This document shows positions 22,470-31,985 of a stretch of 64,000 nt of DNA, one piece after another; position 1 is the first letter of the stretch, and the number at the start of each line of letters is the position of its first letter. The position numbers and the translations under genes were made by a program. A model generated the notes under the pieces. The model was not told the DNA's origin. It did not search any database and was given only the letters and a program-made list of their open reading frames with translations. Source of the DNA: Anaeromyxobacter sp. (GTDB lineage: Bacteria > Myxococcota > Myxococcia > Myxococcales > Anaeromyxobacteraceae). The stretch spans positions 96,001-160,000 of the forward strand of contig JASGJN010000022.1 of NCBI GenBank assembly GCA_049840735.1, given 5' to 3'.

Positions 22470-22790
22470 TCAGTGCACCTGGCCGTCGCGGCCCGGCTCG
22501 TCGCCGCTGGGCAGGCCGCGGGCGTCGCCGTGGAACCGGCGGCGCATGTCCTCGATGTCCTCCTCGTCCGCCACACCCTTCTCGACGAGGAGCGTCTCCG
22601 ACATCTCGGCCTGCGTCACGGCGTGCGCCACGTCCGCCTCGGCGGCGTCCACGCGCGCGCCCAGCTCGCGGACGCGTTCGTGCAGCGAGGCCAGCTCGAG
22701 GGTGAGGGCCTGCTCGCGCCGGTGGAGCCGGGCGGCGAGGGCCAGGAGCACGAGGGCCAGCAGGGAGAGGGCGGAGAGCGCGACGACCAT
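22470..22790 (-). CDS. Hypothetical membrane-anchored coiled-coil protein
   Basis: N-terminal hydrophobic helix, heptad pattern, TAGCAT upstream of ATG. Confidence 0.7.
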   Translation of the reverse strand: MVVALSALSLLALVLLALAARLHRREQALTLELASLHERVRELGARVDAAEADVAHAVTQAEMSETLLVEKGVADEEDIEDMRRRFHGDARGLPSGDEPGRDGQVH

Positions 22791-22901
22791 CGAGCGGCAT
22801 GCTATCCGCCCCCGCCGGGGCCGACAAGCTGCCCGGAGGCGCTAGGGCGCGCGAGCTTGTGAGACTTGTCGGTGCTGCGGCGACCTGTATGCTCAGGTGT
22901 C

Positions 22902-23489
22902 GTGCGCCGGCCCAACGTCACGCTCGCGGTCAAGCGGCTGATCCGCGACGTGGTCCGTCGCGTGCCGGAGCTGGCGTACGTGAAGCCGTCGCGCATCCTG
23001 GTGGTGGCGGGCGAGGCGCGCCGCAACTCGCGGGCCACCATCAGGCCGGTGCCGCGCGGGCACCGCCGCGGCGGACGGGCGCAGCCGCTGGTGCGCGTGA
23101 AGGGGCGGGAGATCCTCTACGTCATCACGCTCCGTCCGCTCTGGTTCCTGGCCTCGACGCCCGAGCAGCGGATCGCCACCATCCTCCACGAGCTCTACCA
23201 CGCGTCCACCCGCTTCGACGGCACGCTCCACCGCGGCCGGCGCCACTCGCGGCTGCCGCTCTCCGCCTACAACCAGAAGATCCGCCGCCTGCTGCGGCGC
23301 TACCTGGCGGTGGCGCCGGAGGGCGTGCTGGCGCCGTTCGCCCGCGACGGCGAGGTGCGCGCCCGCATGTGGCTGGAGCGCCCCGGCCCGGCGCGGGAGG
23401 ACGACGGCGCGGCCCGGCGCGTCTACACCGAGCGCGAGCTGTTCTACGGGCTGGCGCGGCTCAGGACCTTCCGGCGGCGCCTGAACTGA
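22902..23489 (+). CDS. Putative zinc metallopeptidase (HExxH)
   Basis: ILHELYH motif; GTG start at 22902 chosen because TATGCT lies 8 nt upstream. Confidence 0.7.
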   Translation: MRRPNVTLAVKRLIRDVVRRVPELAYVKPSRILVVAGEARRNSRATIRPVPRGHRRGGRAQPLVRVKGREILYVITLRPLWFLASTPEQRIATILHELYHASTRFDGTLHRGRRHSRLPLSAYNQKIRRLLRRYLAVAPEGVLAPFARDGEVRARMWLERPGPAREDDGAARRVYTERELFYGLARLRTFRRRLN

Positions 23490-23491
23490 GG

Positions 23492-23707
23492 CTGGCCTTC
23501 GACTCCGGGCCTGCTGCGCAGGCCCTACGCTCAGGCCGAACGGCGAGGCCCTGACGGCGAGGCCCTGACGGCGGGGCCCTGACGGCGAGGCCCTGACGGC
23601 GAGGCCCTGACGGCGAGGCGCCGCTCTACCTCTGGCCCGGACTCACGCCCACCGTTCGGGCTGAGCGTAGCGAGCCCGCAGGGCTCGCGGAGTCGAAGCC
23701 CAGGCCC
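23492..23707. repeat. Inverted REP pair enclosing a 14-bp tandem repeat
   Basis: REP + 23492-23543; 5 copies plus a partial of ACGGCGAGGCCCTG 23540-23619; REP - 23652-23707. Confidence 0.88.
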
Positions 23708-23744
23708 GGAGCGCTGGTTCGCGAGCGAAAGCCACAGCCAGCCC

Positions 23745-24332
23745 TCACCCCGCCGCCGGCTCGTGGCGCTCTTCCCCGCCCTCGGGGCGCAGCGGCGCGT
23801 GCAGGCTCTCGCCGTGCGCGTCCATGGTGACGGTGGCCGGGAAGTCCTCCACCTCCACCAGCCAGAGCGCCTCGGTCAGCCCCAGCGCGTCCAGCCCGTG
23901 CACGTCCACCACCCGCGTCACGTGGCGCGCCAGCGTCACCGCCAGCTGCGGGCCGGCGTGCAGGTAGACCGCCCCGTGGCGGCGCAGCGCCTCCAGCGTC
24001 TCGGGCCCCATGCCGCCCTTGCCCAGCAGCCCGCGCACGCCGCAGCGGGCCAGCACCTCGGGCGCGAGCGCCTCCACCCGCGAGGAGCGCGACGGGCCGG
24101 CGGCCACGAAGCGCCAGGCGCCGGTCGCCGGATCGCGCGCCACCACCGGGCCGCAGTGGTAGAGCAGCGCGCCCTCGGTCCAGCCCCGCGGCGGCGCCTG
24201 GTCCGGCCTCACCAGCAGCCGGTGGCCGGCCTCGCGCGCGGTGAGCAGGCGGCCGGAGATGCGCACCTCGTCGCCGGCGCGCAGCGCGCGGAGGGCGGCC
24301 TCGGAGGCCGGGAAGGTGAGCGGGGTGGCCAC
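23745..24332 (-). CDS. Class I fumarate/tartrate hydratase beta (C-terminal) subunit
   Basis: LRAGDEVRISG.LLTAREAGH, YHCGPVV, AAGPSRSSR, GKGGMG, TMDAHGESLH. Confidence 0.88.
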   Translation of the reverse strand: MATPLTFPASEAALRALRAGDEVRISGRLLTAREAGHRLLVRPDQAPPRGWTEGALLYHCGPVVARDPATGAWRFVAAGPSRSSRVEALAPEVLARCGVRGLLGKGGMGPETLEALRRHGAVYLHAGPQLAVTLARHVTRVVDVHGLDALGLTEALWLVEVEDFPATVTMDAHGESLHAPLRPEGGEERHEPAAG

Positions 24333-24453
24333 GGATTCGACCCATAACCGGCCCGGGCGCCCTTGTCGCTTGCGCCTGCCGGGGCGGAGGGTCTATCTCC
24401 GCGGGACGTCCACGAGCCTCCCCCGGAGGTCTCACGCGCTGGAGGTCTCCCCC

Positions 24454-25386
24454 TTGAAGCAGCAGGTCCGGCTGTCCCTCACCGTCAGCGGCCGGCTCGA
24501 CCGCGCCCTGGCCGACGCGCTCGGCCTCGGGCGCGCCGCCGTGAAGCGCGCCTTCGCGCTGGGCGAGGTCCGCGTGCGCGGCAAGCGGGCCCGGGCCTCG
24601 GATCCGGCGCCGCCGGGCGCCCTGGTGGAGCTGGACGTGGAGGGGCCGGCCGGGCCGCCGGAGCCGGACGAGGAGGCCCCGCTGACCGTGCTGGTCGAGC
24701 ACCCGCGGCTGGTGGTGGTGGACAAGCCCGCCGGCGTGGCGGTCCACCCGCTGGCGCCGGGGGAGGGGGGCACGCTGGCCAACGCGGTGGCCGCCCGCTA
24801 CCCGGAGTGCGCCGAGGCCTCGCCGGATCCGCGCGAGGGCGGCGCGGTGCAGCGGCTGGACCTCGAGACCAGCGGCTGCGTGGCCTTCGCGCGCGATCCG
24901 GAGGCCTGGGCCGAGCTGCACGAGCGGCTGAAGGCGCGCGAGGTGGAGAAGCGCTACCTGGCGCTGGCGGTGGGCCGGGTGGCCTCGGGCGGCGTCTGCT
25001 CGGTGCCGCTGGCGCAGCGGGGCGGGCGGGTGGTGGCGGCGCCGGACCTCGAGGCGGAGGAGCGGCTGGCGGCGCGCGGGCTCAGGGCCCGGCCGGCGGA
25101 GACGCGCTACGAGGTGGCGCGCCGGTTCCGCGGCTTCACGCTGCTGGAGCTGCAGCTCATCACCGGCGTCATGCACCAGATCCGCGCCCACCTCGCGCTC
25201 CTGGGCCACCCGGTGGCCGGCGACGCGCTCTACGGCGGCGCCGCGGCCGCGGTGCCCGGCCTGGAGCGCCACTTCCTGCACGCCGCCACGCTCTCGCTGG
25301 AGGCGCCCGGCGGCGGGCGGGTCGCGGCCCAGAGCCCGCTGCCGCCGGAGCTGGCGCGGCTCCTGGACCGGCTGACGGAGGAGTGA
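24454..25386 (+). CDS. RluA family pseudouridine synthase
   Basis: VDKPAGVAVHP, QRLDLETSG catalytic motif, TGVMHQIRAHL, GDALYG; SD GGAGG before TTG. Confidence 0.92.
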   Translation: MKQQVRLSLTVSGRLDRALADALGLGRAAVKRAFALGEVRVRGKRARASDPAPPGALVELDVEGPAGPPEPDEEAPLTVLVEHPRLVVVDKPAGVAVHPLAPGEGGTLANAVAARYPECAEASPDPREGGAVQRLDLETSGCVAFARDPEAWAELHERLKAREVEKRYLALAVGRVASGGVCSVPLAQRGGRVVAAPDLEAEERLAARGLRARPAETRYEVARRFRGFTLLELQLITGVMHQIRAHLALLGHPVAGDALYGGAAAAVPGLERHFLHAATLSLEAPGGGRVAAQSPLPPELARLLDRLTEE

Positions 25387-25396
25387 GGGGCGCTCG

Positions 25397-25452
25397 GGGC
25401 CTGGGCTTCGACTCCGCGAGCCCTGCGGGCTCGCTACGCTCAGCCCGAACGG
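25397..25452 (+). repeat. REP-like element, exact 56-bp reverse complement of 23652-23707
   Basis: GGGCCTGGGCTTCGACTCCGCGAGCCCTGCGGGCTCGCTACGCTCAGCCCGAACGG. Confidence 0.9.
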
Positions 25453-25488
25453 AGCCGGGAACATTCGCCCGAGCCTGTGAGAGGCCGC

Positions 25489-25520
25489 AAAAGAAAGAGG
25501 GCCGGCTCGCGCCGGCCCTC
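25489..25520 (-). terminator. Intrinsic terminator after the exbD genes
   Basis: GAGGGCCGGC-loop-GCCGGCCCTC stem followed on the minus strand by a T-rich run. Confidence 0.65.
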
Positions 25521-25547
25521 CGTGATCCCTTCGCTCCGCTCCGCCCG

Positions 25548-26027
25548 CTACGGCGTGGGGGCCGGCTCGGCCGGCGTGCCCTCGGCCGGCGCCGCCTCGG
25601 CCTGGGCCGTGATGGGCGGGTCGGTCATCATGCCGATGGTGTTGACGCCGGCGCCGTGGGCCGCGTCCAGCACCTTGAACGCCAGCTCGTAGTCGACGTC
25701 GTCCTCGGCGTTGAAGAAGAGCGGCTTGGACGGGCGGCCGTCGTAGGCCGTCTCCAGGCGCTGCATCGCCTCGCCCACGTCCATCTCCTGCTTGTTGAGC
25801 AGGACGTGGCCGTTCTTGAGGACCGTGAGGACGGTCTGGTCCGGCGGCACCGAGTCCGGCGGCACCGGCTGCGCATCCGGCTGGTACTCGGGCACGCGGA
25901 GGAACTTCTGCTTCTCCGCGAGCGGCGTGAGCACCATGAAGATGATCAGCAGCACGAGCACCACGTCGATGAGCGGCGTGACGTTGATGTCCGTGACGGG
26001 CCTCTTCGTGCCCAGCCCCATCGCCAT
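25548..26027 (-). CDS. exbD: ExbD/TolR family protein
   Basis: DINVTPLIDVVLVLLIIFMV signature. Confidence 0.92.
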   Translation of the reverse strand: MAMGLGTKRPVTDINVTPLIDVVLVLLIIFMVLTPLAEKQKFLRVPEYQPDAQPVPPDSVPPDQTVLTVLKNGHVLLNKQEMDVGEAMQRLETAYDGRPSKPLFFNAEDDVDYELAFKVLDAAHGAGVNTIGMMTDPPITAQAEAAPAEGTPAEPAPTP

Positions 26028-26031
26028 GGCG

Positions 26032-26480
26032 TTATTCCTTCTTGTCCGGGCTCGCGGAGCCGGTGGACGCGTCCTTGATCTGCGAACCGGCCAGGCTCAC
26101 GCCCATCAGGTGGGTCTTCGAGAATCTCGAAGATGAGCCCGCGGATGTCCTTGTACTTCACCTCGCGGTCGCCCTTCACCAGCACGGGCGAGCCGGGGTG
26201 CATGGCCATCTCGGCCTGCAGCAGCACCGCCAGCTCGTCCTTCGCGACCTCGGACTTGTCGATCCGAGATCTTCCCGTCCTTGGTCATGGAGACCATGAC
26301 GGGATCACCGCCGCTCTTGAGCGCGGAGACGTGCTTCGCGTCCGGGAGCTGGACCGGCTTGCCGCGCTGGAGCATCGGGGTGATCACCATGAAGATGATG
26401 AGGAGCACCAGCACGACGTCCACGAGGGGCGTCACGTTGATGTCGCTCTTCACGTTCTTCGAGCCGACGTCCATGGACAT
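26032..26480 (-). CDS. exbD: ExbD/TolR family protein (two frameshifts near 26270 and 26125)
   Basis: DINVTPLVDVVLVLLIIFMV; VLVKGDREVKYKDI continues in a second frame, C-terminus in a third. Confidence 0.85.
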
Positions 26481-26530
26481 CGCGGAATCTCCTCAGATGG
26501 AGTGGGGGAGCGCAGCGACCTCGGCTGCGC

Positions 26531-27280
26531 CTACTTCTCCCGCCCTTCCTTCATGAAGAAGTCCATCAGCTCGGTGGCCGAGTCGGTGATGTCCACCTGC
26601 ATGTCCTCGACGCGGTTGGTGAGGAAGTTGAACATCATCACGGCGGGGATGGCCACCAGCAGGCCGAACGCCGTGTTGATGAGCGCCTCGGCGATGGCGC
26701 CGGAGACGGTGCCGAGACCGCCGGAGCCGGAGGCCGCCATGCTCTGGAAGGCCTTGATGATGCCCCACACCGTGCCGAGGAGGCCGACGAACGGGGCGGT
26801 GGAGCCGATGGTGGCGAGCGCGCCCAGGCCGCGGCGCAGGTCGTTCACGGTGCGGAGCGAGGAGCGCTCCACGGCGCGGTTCACGGCGGCGATGATGTCG
26901 AAGTCGCCCACGTCCTGCGGGCCCTTGCTCCGCAGCGCCTCGATGCCGCGGCTGTACTCCTCGATCGCCAGGCCGAGCACCTTGGGCAGGTGGCCGCGCT
27001 TCAGCTTCTTGGAGAGGCTGACGGCGTCGCCGAACTTCCCGCTGGGCAGGATGGTCCGGAGCGCCTCGGCGTACTGCCGGGAGGCGGAGTTGGCGCGGGC
27101 GTAGGTCACGAGCCGCTCGGCCATCACGCCCAGCGAGTAGATGCTCATGATGATCAGGATGCCGGCGATGACGATGCCGAAACCCTCGATCTTCTTGATC
27201 ATGTTGACGATTTCGAAGCTCCCGGCGTCGACGCCCGCGGACTGCGCGAGCACGAGGGAGGTCAGGGACTGGAGCGACAT
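26531..27280 (-). CDS. exbB: MotA/TolQ/ExbB proton channel protein
   Basis: LATIGSTAPFVGLLGTVWGII...IAEALINTAFGLLVAIPA. Confidence 0.93.
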   Translation of the reverse strand: MSLQSLTSLVLAQSAGVDAGSFEIVNMIKKIEGFGIVIAGILIIMSIYSLGVMAERLVTYARANSASRQYAEALRTILPSGKFGDAVSLSKKLKRGHLPKVLGLAIEEYSRGIEALRSKGPQDVGDFDIIAAVNRAVERSSLRTVNDLRRGLGALATIGSTAPFVGLLGTVWGIIKAFQSMAASGSGGLGTVSGAIAEALINTAFGLLVAIPAVMMFNFLTNRVEDMQVDITDSATELMDFFMKEGREK

Positions 27281-27342
27281 CGCGTTCTCCTTGGAGGAGT
27301 GAGGCAGTTTTGAAGACGCGTGCTGGCCGGGCTAGCGCGCGT

Positions 27343-28089
27343 TTACTGGGCGAAGCGGATGGGGAGGATGACCCAGATCGACGTGGGGCGGCCCTGCGGG
27401 TCGGCGCCGGGGACCCACTTGCAGCTCTGCACCGCGGTCCAGATGGCGTCACCGATCCGCTTGTCCGGCACGTTGGACATGACCTGGAACTGGCTCGGCG
27501 TGCCGTCGCGGCCGATGGCGAACCGCACCGTGACGGAGGAGACGAAGCCCTGCAGCTCGCGGGGGACGCGCACGGCCTCCTGCACGCAGAACTTCTTGGC
27601 CATCTCCGGCTTGCGGTAGCCGGTGGTGGCGTAGGCGGGCGCGTCCTCGACCTCGTTCTGCGCCGGGGCGCCGCCCACGACGCCGCCGATCACGCCCTCG
27701 CCCGACGCGGCGCTGTCGTCGCCGTAGTCGTAGTCGGGCTCCTTCGGCGAGGTGTCCTCCTTCATCTCCTGCTGGACCTCCTGGGGCTGGATCAGCGCCT
27801 GGGGAGGAGGAGGCTTGGGAGCGTCGGTCTTGGGCTTGTCCGTCGGCGGCGGCTTGTTCTTGGGCCGGGGCGGCGGCGCGGCGGGAGGCGGCGGAGGAGG
27901 CGGCGGCGCCGCCTGCTTCACGAACTTCACCTCGACCGGCGCCTGCTCGACGATCGCCCTGCTGACCTTGGCCGAGGCCCAGAGCACCAGGACCACGAGG
28001 CCGAACTGGAAGGCCGTGGAGCCGAAGACGAACCCGGCCCGCCTGGCGGCGTTCTTGCCGCCCTCTTTCTTGGTGACCTCGTCGAACAT
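27343..28089 (-). CDS. tonB: Energy transducer TonB
   Basis: N-terminal TM, Pro-rich linker, GVIGGVVGG, C-terminal TonB domain. Confidence 0.88.
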   Translation of the reverse strand: MFDEVTKKEGGKNAARRAGFVFGSTAFQFGLVVLVLWASAKVSRAIVEQAPVEVKFVKQAAPPPPPPPPAAPPPRPKNKPPPTDKPKTDAPKPPPPQALIQPQEVQQEMKEDTSPKEPDYDYGDDSAASGEGVIGGVVGGAPAQNEVEDAPAYATTGYRKPEMAKKFCVQEAVRVPRELQGFVSSVTVRFAIGRDGTPSQFQVMSNVPDKRIGDAIWTAVQSCKWVPGADPQGRPTSIWVILPIRFAQ

Positions 28090-28140
28090 TTGTCTCGCTC
28101 GATTGACGGCGAAATCAGCCGGGGTGCAGAGGAGGCCCGC

Positions 28141-28169
28141 TTCGTAGTCGCCCCCCCGGAACTTGTCAA
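28141..28169 (-). promoter_or_regulatory. Sigma70-type promoter of the tonB-exbB-exbD operon
   Basis: Minus strand TTGACA-N17-TACGAA. Confidence 0.55.
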
Positions 28170-28578
28170 TACTCGGCCTCTGCGCCCGCGGCGGGCCTCA
28201 CCGGCACAGTGGGATCCGGGGGGAATCGCCTCGTTGACGATGGGTACGCCCCACGGCGGAACCCGATCCGATCGGCCCCTCCTGGGCTGCGTGCCAGCCG
28301 ATCAGGCACCGAGGCAGGAGCTGGCCCCTTAGGGTGAGACAACCTAAGGCGGCGATTCGGTTTCGGAATCGGGAAAAGGGGTGGGTTCGGGTGCTCGAAA
28401 CCCAAGCAGGGCACCCCGGGCGAAGCGGTCATAACAGCCCAACCCGCCTTGACATTCCACCAAATGCGGTGGAGAACGGACGCCTACTGACCCGTCGGAC
28501 AACCAGACGCGCGGCAAAATTGCGCACGCCCGGGGGTCCGTCTGGCTGCGGCTGAGTGCTCTCTCCCTGGAGGAAGTC

Positions 28579-31500
28579 ATGATGAAGAAGTTGCTTGGCC
28601 TCCTGCGGATGGCGCCGCTTGCGTTGCTGTTCGCGAGCGTCGCTTCCGCACAGACCACCGGCACGATCATCGGTGTGGTGACCGATGGCGCGACCGGAAA
28701 GCCCGTCCCTGGAGCCGTGATCATCGCTCGTTCCCCGAACCTTCAGGGCGAGCAGACCGCGGTTTCCGATGACAAGGGCAACTACCGTATCCCCCAGCTG
28801 CCCCCTGGCAGCTACGTCCTGGCCGTCCAGATCGACGGCTACAAGCCGGCCGAGCGGTCCGACATCGTGCTGCGCCTCGACAAGACCATCCGCGCGAACA
28901 TCGCGGTGATCCCCGAGGCCGTGCAGATGGAGGAGCAGACCGTCCGCACCGGCTCCGCCCCCGTGGTCAACATCGGCAACGCCGAGTCCGGCGCGGTCGT
29001 GGCCCGCGAGTTCGTGGCCAACGTTCCCGTCGGCCGCACCGTCGAGTCCGTGACCGCGACCGTCCCCGCCGCCACCGTCGACAGCTACGGCGTCGGCTTC
29101 GCCGGCGCGCAGTCGCCCGAGAACGCCTACATCCTGGACGGCTTCAACGTGACCGACCCGGTGTACGGCACGTTCGGCGGCAACCCCGGCGGGCAGAACC
29201 CGCAGCAGACCCTGCTGACCAACTTCATGCAGGAGATCGACGTCAAGACCGGCGGCTTCGGCGCCGAGTACGGCCGCGCCACTGGCGGCGTGCTCAACAT
29301 GATCACGAAGTCGGGCTCCAACGAGTTCCACGGCTCCGTGTTCGCCAACTGGACGCCGCGCAACCTGACCCAGCCGGACGGCCAGGTGCAGGGCCGCACC
29401 GGTGAGGCCATCGGCTACTACTACAAGCCGAGCGAGGGTTCGTACGACCTCGACATGGGCTTCGAGCTCGGCGGCCCCATCATGAAGGACAAGCTCTGGT
29501 TCTACGCCGGCTTCGCGCCGGTCGTGACCAAGCGCACCACGGACCGGTTCTACCGGACCAACGTCCTCACCACGGACGCGGGCGCCGAGTGCGACCTGAC
29601 CAAGGACGATCCGTCGGGCCTGGACCGCTGCATCACCGCCAACGGTGACTACGTCCAGAACAAGGTGGCGGGCAGCGACGAGATCATCGACTCCGGCCGG
29701 ACCACGTACCAGATGACCGGCAAGCTGACCTACCTCTTCAACGAGAACCACAACCTGACCGTCGGCGGGTACGCCGCGCCGTCCAAGGACGAGGCCTTCG
29801 CCACGAACGTCTCCCCCGGCCAGCGCATCACCAAGACCGACGACAACATCTACGACGTGATCGGCCACTACGCCGGCAAGTTCCTCGACAAGCGCCTCAT
29901 CGTCGAGGCCACCGCCGGCTACCACCGGTCCACCACCAAGGACACCTCCGGCGCCGAGCTGCAGAGCACGCCGGTGCTCCGCTTCACCTCCAACCGCGCC
30001 CTCAACACCCTCGAGGACATGGGCGACATGGCCGGTGCCTGCGGCACCACTGCTGGCGAGCAGCTGCAGCGGTGCACCGTGAACCGGTACTGGCTGGGCG
30101 GCGTCGGCTACATGGCCGACAACCTCTCGACCCGCACCGCCGGCCGCCTGTCGGCCAGCTACCTGTTCGACGCCTTCGGCTCGCACAACGCCAAGGTCGG
30201 CATCGACGCCGAGCGGAACACGTTCAAGATCAGCAAGAACTACTCCGGCGGCGGCTTCTTCGAGCAGTCGGGCGCCAACGGCTACGCGACTGCGTACCGC
30301 GTCTACGGCCGCGTGATCGAGGGCGACGACGACCCGGTGAAGGACGGCATCACCAACTCCGGCGTCCGCAACCCGGCCGCCAACGCGTCCGGCTTCGTGA
30401 TGGAGGCCCTGTCCTCCACCTCGGTCAACACCAGCACCGCCATCTTCGCGCAGGACAGCTGGCAGCTGCCGGTGGCCAACCTGACCATCAACTACGGCCT
30501 CCGCTGGGAAGGCCAGAAGATGGAGAACCAGGACAACCCGAACTTCAACGGGTTCTCCATCAACAACAACTGGGCGCCCCGCCTCCAGGCGGTGTGGGAC
30601 TTCACCGGCAACGGCCGCGGCAAGGTGGCCGCCAGCTGGGGTCGGTTCTTCTACAACCTCCCGCTCGACCTGGGCGACCGCGCGTTCGGCCAGGAGACCC
30701 GCCTCAACATGCGGACCAGCCTCGCCAACTGCGGCGACTTCGGCGCGCTCAACACCGCCGGCCAGCTCTACAACTTCGACCCGAAGGCCATCCAGCCCGG
30801 CTCGGACACCTGCCCGATCGTGCAGCGCGGGACGGCGTCCAATCCGTTCAAGGTCATCCAGGGCGGCACGGCGGCCACGCCGGTCGATCCCGACCTCCAG
30901 GGCATCTACGTCGATCAGTACGGCGCGCAGGTGGAGTACGAGGTGCTGGCCGACCTCTCCGTCGGCGTCGAGTACTCTGCTCGCCGCCAGGGCACCTGGA
31001 TCGAGGACATGTCGCCGGACGACGGCAACCACTACTACCTCGGCAACCCCGGCAAGTCGGGCGAGTTCGAGATTGGTGACGACGGCTACACGACCACCAA
31101 GGGCTGCTCCGACCTCGCCCGCGAGGAGGGCCGCTGCCTGAGCTCTTCCTCGGTGACCGCCACCGACCCGGCCACCGGCCGCTCGATGGTCATCCAGTTC
31201 CCGAAGCCCACGCGCGACTACGACGGCTACACCGTCTTCGCCCGCAAGAACTTCTCGAAGAACTGGCTGGCGTCCGCGAGCTACACCTACTCGACCCTCA
31301 CCGGTAACCTGGCCGGCCCGTACCGTCCGGAGACCGGTCAGCTCGACCCGGGCCTCACCTCCGAGTACGACCTGGCGGCCCTCATGGCCAACCGCAAGGG
31401 CTGGCTGCCTGGCGATCAGCGCCACCAGCTGAAGCTCTACGGCTCCTACACGTATGTCGTGAACTCCCGCTTCAACCTCACCGGCGGCGCTGCCTACACC

Positions 31501-31965
31501 GGCAACTCCGGCTCTCCGGCGAGCGCCCTGGGCGGCGGCACCAACGACTACGGTCCGGGCGAGGCGTACGTCCTCCCGCGCGGCATGGGCGGCACCACCC
31601 CGTGGCTCAACAAGGTGGACCTCCACGGCGCGCTCGAGTACGTGGTCAAGCCGCCGTACGCGATCAAGTTCTCCGTGGACGTGTTCAACGTCCTGAACTC
31701 GCAGGAGACCATGACCGTCGACGAGAACTACACCTACGACGTCGTGCAGCCGATCGTGGGCCTCAAGTGCACCGGCAACGCGGTGTCTGCGGCGAACCCG
31801 TCGCAGGCGCTCCAGAACCAGTGCCCTGACCTCAAGTACCTCAAGACCATCGACGGCCGTCCGGCCACCGTGAACCCGAGCTGGGGTCGCGCGCTGGCCA
31901 ACGTTGGTCGTTCCGCCTACCAGGCCCCGCTCTCCATCCGGCTGGGCGTGCAGCTGGCCTTCTAG
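28579..31965 (+). CDS. Oar-like TonB-dependent transporter with N-terminal carboxypeptidase-regulatory-like domain
   Basis: Signal peptide, TGTIIGVVTD, GGFGAEYGRATGGV..TKSGSNEFHGS plug, FAQDSW, NNWAPRL, C-terminal aromatic residue. Confidence 0.92.
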   Translation: MMKKLLGLLRMAPLALLFASVASAQTTGTIIGVVTDGATGKPVPGAVIIARSPNLQGEQTAVSDDKGNYRIPQLPPGSYVLAVQIDGYKPAERSDIVLRLDKTIRANIAVIPEAVQMEEQTVRTGSAPVVNIGNAESGAVVAREFVANVPVGRTVESVTATVPAATVDSYGVGFAGAQSPENAYILDGFNVTDPVYGTFGGNPGGQNPQQTLLTNFMQEIDVKTGGFGAEYGRATGGVLNMITKSGSNEFHGSVFANWTPRNLTQPDGQVQGRTGEAIGYYYKPSEGSYDLDMGFELGGPIMKDKLWFYAGFAPVVTKRTTDRFYRTNVLTTDAGAECDLTKDDPSGLDRCITANGDYVQNKVAGSDEIIDSGRTTYQMTGKLTYLFNENHNLTVGGYAAPSKDEAFATNVSPGQRITKTDDNIYDVIGHYAGKFLDKRLIVEATAGYHRSTTKDTSGAELQSTPVLRFTSNRALNTLEDMGDMAGACGTTAGEQLQRCTVNRYWLGGVGYMADNLSTRTAGRLSASYLFDAFGSHNAKVGIDAERNTFKISKNYSGGGFFEQSGANGYATAYRVYGRVIEGDDDPVKDGITNSGVRNPAANASGFVMEALSSTSVNTSTAIFAQDSWQLPVANLTINYGLRWEGQKMENQDNPNFNGFSINNNWAPRLQAVWDFTGNGRGKVAASWGRFFYNLPLDLGDRAFGQETRLNMRTSLANCGDFGALNTAGQLYNFDPKAIQPGSDTCPIVQRGTASNPFKVIQGGTAATPVDPDLQGIYVDQYGAQVEYEVLADLSVGVEYSARRQGTWIEDMSPDDGNHYYLGNPGKSGEFEIGDDGYTTTKGCSDLAREEGRCLSSSSVTATDPATGRSMVIQFPKPTRDYDGYTVFARKNFSKNWLASASYTYSTLTGNLAGPYRPETGQLDPGLTSEYDLAALMANRKGWLPGDQRHQLKLYGSYTYVVNSRFNLTGGAAYTGNSGSPASALGGGTNDYGPGEAYVLPRGMGGTTPWLNKVDLHGALEYVVKPPYAIKFSVDVFNVLNSQETMTVDENYTYDVVQPIVGLKCTGNAVSAANPSQALQNQCPDLKYLKTIDGRPATVNPSWGRALANVGRSAYQAPLSIRLGVQLAF

Positions 31966-31985
31966 GCCCGACGGGAGAAACCAAC

